The notes under the pieces are model-generated. The model was not told where the DNA came from and searched no databases. It saw only the letters and a program-made list of their open reading frames with translations. The translations under genes were made by a program, and so were the position numbers. A DNA stretch of 60,482 nucleotides, counting the filler, from Sphacelaria rigidula (taxonomy: Eukaryota), in the NCBI GenBank assembly GCA_964200075.2. It is 7 parts of 7 records of this genome, joined end to end, with 100 filler letters (N's around TTAATTAATTAA, not from the genome) between each part and the next. Parts side by side here need not be neighbours in the genome. Positions count along the whole stretch, not along the records: positions 8,656 to 17,210 come from CAXNAA020010792.1; positions 17,311 to 25,865 come from CAXNAA020010793.1; 5 more parts are not named here. One strand, 5' to 3'. Positions 11,900-23,057 of the stretch are shown here, piece by piece; within the stretch, counting starts at the first letter, position 1, and each line of letters begins with the position of its first letter.

Positions 11900-13290
11900 T
11901 CGTGACGTGCCAGAAGATCCGGCGCTGCAAATAGCAGAACCACGGCATCAATGTCAAATATCAGCTGGGAAGCTCGATCGTTTGAAACTGGTGCAAAGTG
12001 ACCGACATCTGTCAGTCAACCGCGAAAAAGTTGCAAAAAAACTAACCACGGGAGTACGCACACTATGTCGCGGTTGCCAACGCCGAAAGAACCGTCCACA
12101 ACCGGCCAGAATATGCCGATGGGACACGTTCCGGTAGGACGGCTATAAGAAAGAATGTCGGCAGACCTCATCAAATGCAAAACAACTTCGATGTCAAAAG
12201 CTGGGGTGCTCTGTAGATAGGTATTGTTCATAATGGACCACCTCACAGGGTATGCCTTGCTAATTCCGGTACCAAATAAACAAACCACGTCGATAGCCAA
12301 AACGTTTATCGATAGATTTTTACCACATTTGGCATCCCGGAAAAGCTGCGTTCAGATCAAAGAGTCGATTCGGAAACGAGCTAATATATGCACGGCAACA
12401 AGAGCTGGGTTTCAATGAAAGTCGCATGACACCGTTACTCCTGCAAGGTAATTCAAAGTCGGAACAAATCCACTCCACCATGCATGCAATGTTAGCTATG
12501 CATGTGTCAATTGGAAACGAAAATTGGACATTGATGCTTCCGTACATATAAATGGCGTACAACACATCCTATCACAATACAGTACAGGAGATACCATTTT
12601 CTTTTTGTTCGGAAGACAACCCGGATTACCAATCGACATCATACTCGGCATACCTGAGCAGAGCCAAGCCGCAACACCTGACGAATTTTCCAAAGAAACA
12701 CGGGAAAACCAACAGTTTGCATTTGACATTGCGAGACAAGCTCTACGAGAAAGAGCGAACAAGCAAGAAAACGGGAACAAAGTAAAAACGTTACCAGTGT
12801 TCAAACCCGGTCAAAAGGTACTCATGTACCGACCATACCAGGATTTAGAAGGACCGAACCCGCAACTACAATTACCATGGAGAGGACCTTTCATGATAGC
12901 CAAGAGACGATCGCTGGTTATATACAGAATCAAAGTAGGCGACCACTCTAAAGAAATGTCAGTACATCTCGCTCATTTGAAGGAATATCACCCGAGAGAA
13001 ACAGCGCCAGCGCCAGACTTTGACAAGTGGAGCAAGTTGTTCCTATGCAGACGGATACCTCTACCGGAGATGGACCAAACAGACGAAACATTGCCTATAG
13101 TAGAACGTTACACGTCAAAAATGTGATAGGTCACGCTCCAGGCCCAGGTCGGAGAAGTCTGCATAACTATAAATATCGATTGAGATTTAAAAGCTACGGC
13201 CCAGCAGCTGACCTAGCCTATCGAGCTGACGAAACTCCACAAGGTAGACATCTCATCGATATATACCGTCATGACAATGGGTTAACAGAG
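11900..13290 (+). pseudogene. Gypsy integrase plus chromodomain, with frameshifts and stops
   Basis: CRGCQRRK (HHCC end), MSADL...IMDHLTGYA, FGIPEKLRSDQ, MAYNTSYH, LFGRQP, QLPWRGPF (GPY/F motif), VHLAHLKEY, then YKYRLRFKSYGPAADL chromodomain-like. Confidence 0.88.
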
Positions 13291-13589
13291 TGCTCGCATC
13301 CGGACTCGAATCCAAAAATACCGGGAGAAGGAAACGGATATGATTGTTCAACAGACTGTTCGAGCGTCCCAGCGAAACGCTCAAGGGTTGAGCAGTAGCC
13401 TGGGGTCAAAATTCGGAAATCAATGAGAGTCACAAAAAAAATAGCGACCAAAAAACAATGCAGACATGAACGGAAGAATATCTGACATGTCAGCGGTGAG
13501 GGGAGTGCAACTTCCCAAGGAAGGTAGCCTCTCAGCAATGGGGCTTGCTGACAAAAAGCAAAGATCATTTCGATTATGTTTCACCAAAG

Positions 13590-14120
13590 AACACAATGTT
13601 CACAAAATAACATCATACCCACCGCTCTGTTACTAACGCGAGGATTTTGTCCTGCTCCGGTGCCAGCAGAACTGGAGGCATCCCAGAATCTGGGCATGAA
13701 TACCTCAAGCGCCCGTGGACCGGTCAGTGTCCCTTTGCCCGGTCATGTATAACTAACTTATGTAGCCAGCACCAAGGTGCAAATTTATCCCATAAAAAAT
13801 GTGTCACACATGACATCGTTACATGACACAAAATGACAAGAAGCAAGGGTCATTTTGACGGTGTTTAGCCAAGAGAGCACAATGCTCACAGGTTCAAAAC
13901 ATCTTATTCGCCGCTTCGTTACTAACGCGAGGACTTAGTTCTACCCCGGTGTTAGCGGAACCAAGGGCATCCCAGACCCCGGTCATAAATAACCCAGGGG
14001 TCCGTGGACCGATCACTGTCCCAGTGCCCAGTCATGCATACCAGCAGATGCAACCAGCACCAAAGTGCAAAGGCATCTGATGGAAACATGTCGCATATGA
14101 CACAGTAGTTACATGACAAA
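13590..14120 (+). repeat. Two tandem ~290-bp units in the retrotransposon 3' UTR
   Basis: CACAATG.TCACA...GTTACTAACGCGAGGA...CCGTGGACC...CAGCACCAA.GTGCAAA...GTTACATGACA at about 13590-13830 and 13878-14120. Confidence 0.8.
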
Positions 14121-14511
14121 GAAAGACCAAAATTAAATGGTTTGTAATACATGCACTCTTACTGACCACAGGTAACTAAAATTTCCTGGGGGTGTTTACT
14201 CAATGCCACATTATAGAGAAGGGCTACCTTTGCGAATAGCGGTGGCGTGACTCAATCAATGATTGTCACTCAAAGCCGTTTCCACGATTACATCATCAGC
14301 GAAGCTGATGATCGCCTCGTCCCACCAACAACAGTTCTGATGAGCTTGAGGCGCATAAGGGGGGGGGGGGAAGGGGTGGAGGACTCCTCTTCGTAGTAAC
14401 ATATCAGAGACTGATGACACACATGTATGAAGAACCAGCGTATGCAGGTACAAGGTAGGAACGGTCCGAAAGGACCAGATTACCGAGGACCCTGCAGTGC
14501 CAACGATACCA

Positions 14512-14842
14512 GAGTCATCCTACGATAGGGGGCGTACTCATTTGTTGCTTTCCTTAGTCATTTGACCATTGACCACGCATCCCTTTCGAGACGGATCATC
14601 CTACGATAGGGGGGGGGTATTTTGGGCCACTTCTTGCACGAAATTCCGAGGCAAATCGTCGTTGAAAGCAGCAACGGTTGTTCAAACGAGCTTGTTGTGG
14701 ATTCATAACGCCCATCCATACTGCCTGATACCGTTTGAAACCAAATACAAGCGCAACGCAAGTGTGGCAAGTTGTCTGACACACCTATGAGCCTCTTTTT
14801 TCGTCCAACCAAACACCCCCCCCCCCTATCGTAGGATGACTC
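14512..14842. mobile_element. MITE nested in the 3' LTR
   Basis: TIR GAGTCATCCTACGATAGGGGG ... CCCCCTATCGTAGGATGACTC; the whole insert 14514-15099 is flanked by CGATAC(C/T)AGA duplicated at 14504 and 15100. Confidence 0.75.
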
Positions 14843-15439
14843 CCCACACCCCCGACAGCCCCAGACCTCCCCGAAATAACCAATCCAAGAAGACCCCCCA
14901 GACCATTGTACAAAATCACAAAACACGTGATGGCAGTGTTCGAGAAGCCAAAGCATTACCTTCGCGCTACACCGTGTGCTCGTCGTCCATCGCTGTCGGG
15001 AGCTATTTCGGAAATAAGGACCAAACGAGCTAGCTCATGATCCGGATCAGTACTCTTATAAGATGTAATATCCAGGTAGCTCATGATATGTCCGTCGTTC
15101 GATACTAGACAACTTGGGGTGATGCCAGGAAGAGCCTGATACTAGGACGGTCCAACATCCCACGAGGAACTGGTTGCCCCCATGCGACCACTTCTCGTCT
15201 CACCCACTTCTTGCCTACATATTACAAGAGAAAATCATCGCCAGCCTCGGAGTTCCTTCGGCATCAGGACGATACCTCCAACGATAGTTTCTCGAGTACG
15301 TTTCTGTACCCTAGCGATACGCCTTCCTCACACACACATATATATATATATATATATACGTACATTCTAAGCGGCTCTCACCAGATGAGGAAGGATGCTT
15401 TTGTCGGCTTCCTTCAGGTTTCTTCAAAAAGTTGTTGCG

Positions 15440-15990
15440 GAGTTTTCCCGAACTCCCTCGAGACGATGAAAGAGGGAATACGTTTATGATGAACGAAGTG
15501 CCGCCGTTGGTGTTTCGGGAAAGAGTTCTTGTTGCTGAAAACGTTTTACAGATGTGAACATGGGATATCTCATAGGTGGGAAACTCCCTGCCCATGGCGA
15601 TTCACCAATAATAATAGGACATTTAAATGCCCAAGCTTCTTGACCGAGGTGTTGCCCACCCAACTTTCCCCGGCAATGTCTCTCGACTACACGATTACAT
15701 GTCTGGTAAAACTCACCAAATGCAGCTTTACTGCAGGATGTCAAAAATGCTTTAGCCTGTTGATCAATAATACCGGCATACAACCAGCCCCCTCCAAACG
15801 CAACGCGATTGCTCAGAGGTCACGTCCATACAGTCGAAAAACTACGTTCGTTTCTAGACCCACCGGGTACCTTGGACAGTTTCTCCAGGAGCGTAGGATT
15901 CTAGTCGCCCCGCTGACCGATATTCTAGATAAGTAGGAAAGCCAACAGTATTGCTGCACGATGTAGGTAAACGCGCGCTCTCCTTTTGCT
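15440..15990 (+). pseudogene. Ty3/Gypsy reverse transcriptase remnant from a separate element
   Basis: VKLTKCSF...LLINNTGIQPAPSKRNAIAQRSRP...TGYLGQF...ILVAPLTDIL matches the Gypsy RT palm-end/thumb pattern. Confidence 0.7.
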
Positions 15991-16681
15991 GTCAAACTTA
16001 TGTGCCGTACAACTGCAGCAAGACTTCACCACCACAATCCGGTTGTCTCATGGTGGCTCAGCTAGGATATGGCATACGAACTAGAGACTCGCCCAATGAC
16101 CATCAATGTACAACTCATGCTTGTGAGGTCACGTTTCTTGTCATTTATGTGCTTTGTCTCCGTATATTTAGTACAACGTAACTCATTGTTATATTTTTAT
16201 TCGGCATGCTTTGTCTATTTTATTTTTGCCATGATTGTGTCTACAGTTTCACAGGATTCGAGAACCTAGGGGGACGGCTGCTGGAAAGGTTACAGAAATG
16301 ATCTTGGCCCCAGAGAGAGTACGTTTCACGCACACTCTTGCACAATCGTACCCTACCCGACGACCCGACGCCATGCTACCGTCTGATACGTTTCCCTTCG
16401 AGCTCTGGACTGGTCGTAAACATTACACACGTACCACCGCTGTCTCAAAAGCAAGAAGTTCCTTCCATATCCGCCCACCCCTTCCGAAACACCTTATACC
16501 CGAAGTGTCTGCGTCCCACCTTGAGGGGGACCAAACTGGAACGCTACACCCACATTCCACCTGACCCCTGAATTTGTCCCCGTGTTGGACTGCATTGCCT
16601 GTATCTGTCACCATGTTGGATTGTCGAGAACTCTCCGTTGTGTCAGGCACTGACGGGTGGGAAAAAGGGAAAGACTTCAAA

Positions 16682-17040
16682 GGGGGGGGGGGGGCGTACT
16701 CATTTGTCTTGCGCATCCAAGTAATTCCCTTAGCTGCTGTAATATGCACTGTTCCCAACTCCTTCACCAAAAGGGGGGACGTACTCATTTGTTTCGAGCA
16801 TCCAAGTAATTCCCCTGGCTGCTGTCATCTGTACTGTTCCCAACTCCTTCACCAACTTCACTGCATCCAAGTATTCTCTGAGCTGTTGCAATCTGTACTG
16901 TTCCCAACTTGTTCACTAATTTTATTGCATCCAAATATTCTTTTATCTGCTGCCATTTGCACCGTATCCGCATCAAAATATTATTTTAGCTGCTGCCAGC
17001 TGCACTGTTTCCAATTTCTTCGGCAACTTCACCCCTTGCT
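16682..17040 (+). repeat. Minisatellite of about five units (core ~57 bp)
   Basis: CATCCAAGTAATTCCCT..GCTGCTGT.AT.TG.ACTGTTCCCAACTCCTTCACCAA units with progressive decay. Confidence 0.8.
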
Positions 17041-17559
17041 CTGCCATGTCTAATGCTAGTATCAGGTCATCAAAGACTACCTCGAGTAGAGAGGGTGTAA
17101 CGTATATCCTGGTGCGAGTAACGTACATCCTGGTGCGACTCGTTGCAAAATAATAGGGTTGCCAGAAAAATGAGAACGTATTTTGAAATGAGAATCAACC
17201 GCTCCCCGGGNNNNNNNNNNNNNNNNNNNNNNNNNNNNNNNNNNNNNNNNNNNNTTAATTAATTAANNNNNNNNNNNNNNNNNNNNNNNNNNNNNNNNNN
17301 NNNNNNNNNNTCGTTGCTCTACTCTGCTGACTGCCGTCTGCAGAGACGTCGCGCACCGTATCAATATGTAAGTACCCAATTTCGGAACAGCTATGGAAGC
17401 AAAACAGTTAGGGGCGCGAATCGGGGGGGGGGTGTTAGCCCCCGAATTATGCCAGGCTGTTCGAACGGAATTTTATCGATCATATACAACTCATCCTCGT
17501 TTCTTTTCTTCCATGTGGATACACTTGATCAAACACATCATTAGAACGAGCAAATCGTG

Positions 17560-19000
17560 CGTTTAAGCGACGTCCTCCGTGTTCAGGCGCTAGACACACG
17601 TCCACACCCCTGACACACACTGCAAGATGACGTCTTTGCTTCTCAACTCTTGTAGCGTTCGCTGAAACTCTGCAAAATAAATACTTTTCGCCGCCTGATG
17701 TGCCGAGCGTGGGACGTTTCCGGAAAGCGAAGCCATCAGAACTGCTGTGTTGTTTTGTCTTGGCTGTAGTAGTCTGTGCTCCACACACCACTGCAAAAGT
17801 ATCTTGTTTTGAGTGTACTAGCCTGTACTCCATTTAATAGCGTCATGGTTCGGGCAGTTCTTCAAAAAGTTCTGCTCGTTTTTTAAAAAATATTCCGAAA
17901 AAATGGGAGTGTTTCCTGTCACAGAAATCTAATGCCGAATCTGGATTAGCCTGAGACAACAACCAATTTGAAAATTGGAAGAAGAGGACATTATTGTGTA
18001 AACGACCCTCATGCGATGCACTCGAAGCATATCCCAATAACCTGCAATTGCTTCCTTTCTCAAGTCGTCAAAATGGTCCTAACATGAAGGAATGCGCGCG
18101 GAGTTGTGCTCTGCACTGGGCATCTGATGTGCACGCTTTCATGCGTGTAAGTGCGGAGATAAATTGCTCAAACGGTTGTGATTTTAAACTTTTGATGTCG
18201 CTAGCGCGATTTGTTCGAAGGACGGAAGCGCGTGGTTGTACATGGGATACATACTGCTGTCGCAGAAGTCTGCGCATATTTGTCCTCTGCATCTCAATAC
18301 AAGACCAAAATTTTGCAGCCTCGCAATACAGGTGTATCAACATCACTATGTAGCGATAAGTTGATACGTTGGAAAGCAGATTCAATTTGTATGGATATCC
18401 TGGCATATTCCATAACTCTTGTTGACAGGTGCCGTCACAAAATATATGCACATGCGGGAAGGCAATGTGGCGTATCACCAGGGGACAAAACCCATCTTGT
18501 AGTATCGCAAAGTGTTCATGCCATACAAACAGGTGGATGCACAGATAGAGCATCCAGCTACTGCAGCAATTCGCATATCGCCGAACTCCGCGTCTGCGCA
18601 CAGGGTGAATAGCCCCAGTCTCATGATCCAAACGTTATTTCAGAAGGGGCTAGCGATGACGTTGGGAACCGTACCGGGTATTTTACCCCCGTAATAATGA
18701 GGCATATGCCATAGCAGCACTCGTGGACTGGTCACATTACAGCATCTTATGACTTGCGGCAAGGCAAACTGCACGCACCATCCGGCCGCAAATGCCGTTC
18801 GGCTGCTCGCCGTCTCTTCATTTGATACATGCTTTCACACACCGAGCACGCAGCTAGCACAGAAGTGCTCGCATTTATGCCTCAGGTTGTGCGCGCAGCA
18901 ATAACAGCGGCAGCGATGTCATTCAAACGTTGAAGCAAAGGAGGATTTCACTTTAATCTGGAAACGATAAAAAAATATGCACTCCTTGTACTTCGAGAAA
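17560..19000 (+). pseudogene. Academ/DUF6589-like DDE transposase remnant (approximate limits)
   Basis: One frame with stops gives, in order, GLA*DNNQF (17943-17969), CISIQDQNFAA (~18290), LYGYPGIFH (PGIFH 18399-18413), VFYPRNNEAYAIAAL (~18680); the order matches the DN / DQ / GxFH / F....G...YA motifs of Academ-type transposases (recognised by eye). Confidence 0.5.
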
Positions 19001-19459
19001 ATCTCATGCCACCACAACTGCAACATGGCCGCGAATAACGGACTTCCCCGTGTTGTGGGCGCTAAATTGCCTCCCAGGGTTTTTCAGGAACCCGTTGTTT
19101 TTTGCACACACCACTTGTTCAAACGAGGGGCCCATGTTTCGTCATGAAAAAAAACCCCTAATATCACAGCAGGCCGCGCAACTCTGTCCTCTACACCTCT
19201 ACGCAGCGAAAAAGGCTGCAGCCCTATCCTCTGCGCACAATATCCGCAGAGGCATCAGAAAGCGACAATCCAAACGTCAACCAGTCGTGTCGTATATTCA
19301 TGCAGGACATGCAGAACACACAACAAACGAAACACTCTGTGCGAAGGATTCTCCTTCACAAATCGGCATCACTTGCAGTTTAAAAATCGTGTGAATTATG
19401 CCGATTCCCCGACTCACTATCCCCGGATCGAAGAAAAAGTCGAGACTCCACTACATACT

Positions 19460-21430
19460 CCTAACTTCGCGACCGACACCAGCGGACGTTGCTTATCTCA
19501 GCCAAAACACGGTCTCCACGCGCGATGTCTAGAACAAGCTCGCGAGTCATACGCGCTACGGGTTGCTGTTCGCGAATGGCAGCCTTTGCTTGCCTCGCCC
19601 GCTTCACCGCCCCCTTGCCCGCCGCTCTAATTTCGTCACCCATGGCACACTCTTTCATGATTTAACTCGACTCGGCGGACTTGTATAACCCTGCGCGCAC
19701 AAAATCCAAAAAAGCTGTGTCCATCGATCTCGTGCATGTATCGTACTTGGGAAAAAACGACTCCACTAACTGCTGATGGACGGGGACAAAATAAAATCGC
19801 TCGCAAACCATCTCGTACACGGCGGGGAATTCCCACACAGACGGAGGAATGAGGAAGTGCCCTAGTCTGCGTTTTCATCAACCGCCGCTTCACCGTACGC
19901 GGACTCCGCGTACAGTTCTAGACCACTCCTGAGACACTCATCCCGACTAACAAGAGAGAACAGCCCAAGCGTCAACTCATATTTCGTCCTGGTGCCGGCC
20001 TTCTCCTTCAAGCACTTCGTGAGCTGCTCTCGGTACCCCCTTTCTCTCTGCGAACGCTGGGGGTCAACAGACATCTGCGGCCAAAAAACATGCAGAAAAG
20101 CACGCGTATACTCGGCTCCTACTGCCTGCTCTACAGCTCTCCCCCCCGTGGCCCATTCGTTTACGTGAAAGGATTGGCACCCAATGCGCGCCAGGCTCAA
20201 GGGTGGCTCCTGGTGCATATCCATCCATTTGCTCCACCGCATCTTTGCCTCGGCAAAAAATCCTTTGCTCTCACTGAAGTTCATCATAAACTGCTCTGCC
20301 TGCACCACGAGGAAAACCCAACGACCAATTTCACACGGACAGCAGTTAGGGCGTGTCGACAGCAGCATCAGTACCAGCATCTGAAGCGCGACAACCCCAC
20401 TCGCATCAACAGCCAGAAAAGGCAGCGAGGAACAGCATTCGCGTTCAGGCTAGTATAACCCGTGCGCTTTGAAACCAGCACGGGAAATTTAGAAACGAGT
20501 GCAACATATGAATACGATCTTGTTTGGTATGTTGGGTAAGAGAGAGAACGACATATCCAACTCTTGCAGCATCTACCGATGCAACAAACAGCCTGTTCTA
20601 ACTTCCACCGCCCATCCACACGCAAGTGTTGTATGAAGGGCACGGCCACCTACCTCTGCCAGCCTGAGGGTGGTTCGCACGATGTGCAGCAGCTGAGGGA
20701 AGAATGCTCCGTGGTCTCGCCGCAGTGTTTCCAGCCTTTCCAAGAAGAGGAGAGACAACTCCGGGATCTCCACAAGGCGACGGCCGGGCAAGAGCTGCTG
20801 CCAAACCCCTCCACTGCCCTTCAAAAAGAACCCCCCCTCGCCGCGAATCCAATTGTACGCCCAGTCCAACAACAGCTCTCCAAGCTGCGCCGCAAACATG
20901 ACTTGAACACGGATTACGAAGCATGCAGGCTGATTGCGCCCAATAATTTCGAAAAGGGGTCGCCTTCAGGTGTCTAGGGGCGTACGTGCAAAAGAGCCAT
21001 GCAACCTGCTCCCATCGTTCCACCAGAAGCTTCCTACCTTCGCAGACAACCATCCGCCGCGTCTGGGCAGGTCGGACGAACTTCTTGTTCCACTTTGGTG
21101 AGGGATGGGGGGATTCCTCGTGGATCAAATTCTGCCAACGCTCGAAATCACCGTTGTCCGTGTTTGAGCGACTTGTGTTGTACCAAACCATGCCAAGAAG
21201 GGAGCAAACATGATCCACGTCCTACTCATGCCACGACCCCTTTCCAAGTGGATCCATGAAATATTTGTTGGTTACGCCTGCCGTGATGGAGAGGTGGAGG
21301 ATGTGGAGTACACACCCCAGACGCTCCGCGTGAATCGTAGTGGCTTCACTTTCAGTCGTCTCTCCAGACTCCATGGAGGTGCTCGTGAGCCCGCGAAGCG
21401 GCTGCCGTTCGGGTGTACTTTGGGACATGG
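19460..21430 (-). pseudogene. hAT-like DDE transposase remnant with a spliceosomal intron (20653-20381)
   Basis: LGCVLHILHL (CxxH, 21314-21291), FVRPAQTRRMVV (TRW-like), RFYFVPVHQQLVESFF (C-terminal catalytic-E-like, ~19790-19752); phase-0 intron GAG|GTAGGT...TTCAG|ATG; stops and one frameshift. Confidence 0.68.
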
Positions 21431-21804
21431 TGTGCAGGTCGCTGATTACGGGCTGCTCTCGGCAGGGTGTGGTTACCGGGCATCAGGGCACTTCTCTGTA
21501 CCGTATGCCCAGAAAATATGCCTTGCGGCTTTCGCTCCGCTGACTCTTTTCGTTTTTTTTCAAACTCTGTGTTTTTGGCCCCCAAAGAGTCGATAGATCA
21601 AAGGTGTTTAGCCCTCAAGAGGCAGCGGAGGAGGGGTGCACCGAAGGCCTTCTGCAGAAGGCCTTCTACCATTCTGCGGTTATATTCCGACCGACCGGAC
21701 GGATCCTTCGTTTCTGACTGGCCAGGTAGATTTTTCCATCTAGAAGAGCCAGGACACTTTCTGGGCAAAATTTCCTATTTGTTTTGTGCGCGATTCGCAC
21801 CCCT

Positions 21805-22198
21805 AACAGTTCGGTTTGAAAACTACGTCCACATGATTGAAATGAATTTTGTTACCTGAGGGAAAGTGGCCGCTTTTGGCCCGGCGAGACCTGCGCAGAT
21901 ACTGTCGAACAGCACTACCAAACTTTGTTGGCATTGACATGTGCGAATCAGTACAGACCGGAACAGAAATCAGTTCAACGTTCTTACTAGAAAGCAACGA
22001 GCATGAAACGATTTGAACGTGGGAAAGGGTGGATTTTCGCACAGGAGAAACTCTCTGTTTCCCCATGAGTGTCACATGCACTCGCAAAAACTCTGTCGTC
22101 GTTCTTTCATATCTGGCGAGGGGACGTGGAAGCCACAGTTCCTGAGGTAACAAGAGTCATTTCAATCCTGTGGACGTAGTTTTCAAAACCGAACTGTT
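21805..22198. mobile_element. ~390-bp MITE inserted in the right arm of the larger element's inverted repeat
   Basis: ~55-bp imperfect TIR AACAGTTCGGTTT(T)GAAAACTACGTCCACA(T/G)GATTGAAATGA...TTGTTACCT.AGG at 21805-21861 vs 22141-22198. Confidence 0.8.
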
Positions 22199-22292
22199 TT
22201 GCTTCCATAGCTGTTCCGAAATTGGGTACTTACATATTGATACGGTGCGCGACGTCTCTGCAGACGGCAGTCAGCAGAGTAGAGCAACGAAA

Positions 22293-23057
22293 GCTCCGGA
22301 TTGCAGCGTTGACGCACCCCTCTGCACCACGCTCAAACAGTTAGGCCAACCACATATTATAGGTATTTTTTCCCACTCCGCATGCCAACAAGGTCTCCAC
22401 AAGTCTTTGATCTCTCTCAAACACACACCTCAACTGGCCTGTGGCACGCTGTTGTGCTCGGACGCCTAGATGGTCACAGATCGGGTAAAATCAACGATGA
22501 ATAACACCCCCCACGTTCAAATTAGATCTGTTCTTAGTGCCGCAGCACCGCCCTTGTTGGCATGTGTGTGACAGAGAACAGTAGTAGTAGCGGTGACGGG
22601 ATCATTGCCCTGTTTTTCAGCGCACAGAGGCGCGTCCTGTCCAAAAAGAGAGGCAGAGAGAAGTCGATCTTCGCATTGGTGAGGTCCACTGGCAAGGAGA
22701 GACGAAATCTCTCCGCAGCTCCATGTCCTGGCACATGGAAAATTGGGTACATGCTGGTAACATCAATGACGCCAGTCTCTCGAGCGATTGGTATTCGCCG
22801 AGCGAGGACACACAAAGAACACGGGCAAGGAGCTTCCTCGCTGTCGTTGCTTCTCTCTCTGGTGATATCGTCATCGACACGCGTGTACACCGCATTCGTT
22901 GGGTGCACCTAGCCACAGCTGCTTAACTGCTGCAGAGTTCTGGGGAGAAAGATGGTTTCGCTCTGTGTAACTGTTTCTCGTCGTCCCTGCAAAAAAGATA
23001 TGCCGCTTGAACCTTATTTTGAGATCGACCCCATTTTTCAGGATCCGCTGTTATATC
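22293..23057. repeat. Interspersed repeat family R1, second copy
   Basis: Colinear with 9010-9826; 22846-22914 nearly identical to 8656-8725. Confidence 0.85.

Larger units (their letters stand above)
9833..15332 (+). mobile_element. Degenerate Ty3/Gypsy (chromodomain-bearing) LTR retrotransposon, internally deleted
   Basis: 5' LTR 9833-10171 (TG...CA), PBS-like TGGCGACACCAG at 10173, purine tract 14357-14383, 3' LTR 14392-15332 interrupted by an insertion, integrase and chromodomain remnants between. Confidence 0.88.
17311..22290. mobile_element. Inverted-repeat-bounded DNA element carrying two convergent degenerate transposase-like genes
   Basis: 17311-17409 is the exact reverse complement of 22192-22290 (99 bp); the repeat continues at 17407-17423 vs 21791-21807 beyond a nested MITE; left end is cut by the contig start. 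Confidence 0.75.

Noticed and set aside
17480-19450. Fanzor/TnpB-like cargo downstream of the hAT-like gene on the minus strand
   Set aside because: No ordered RuvC (DPG, E, zinc finger, RDxN) motifs found; the + strand gives the coherent motif series
21803-22153. 116-aa ORF as the N-terminus of the hAT-like transposase
   Set aside because: Lies wholly inside the nested MITE
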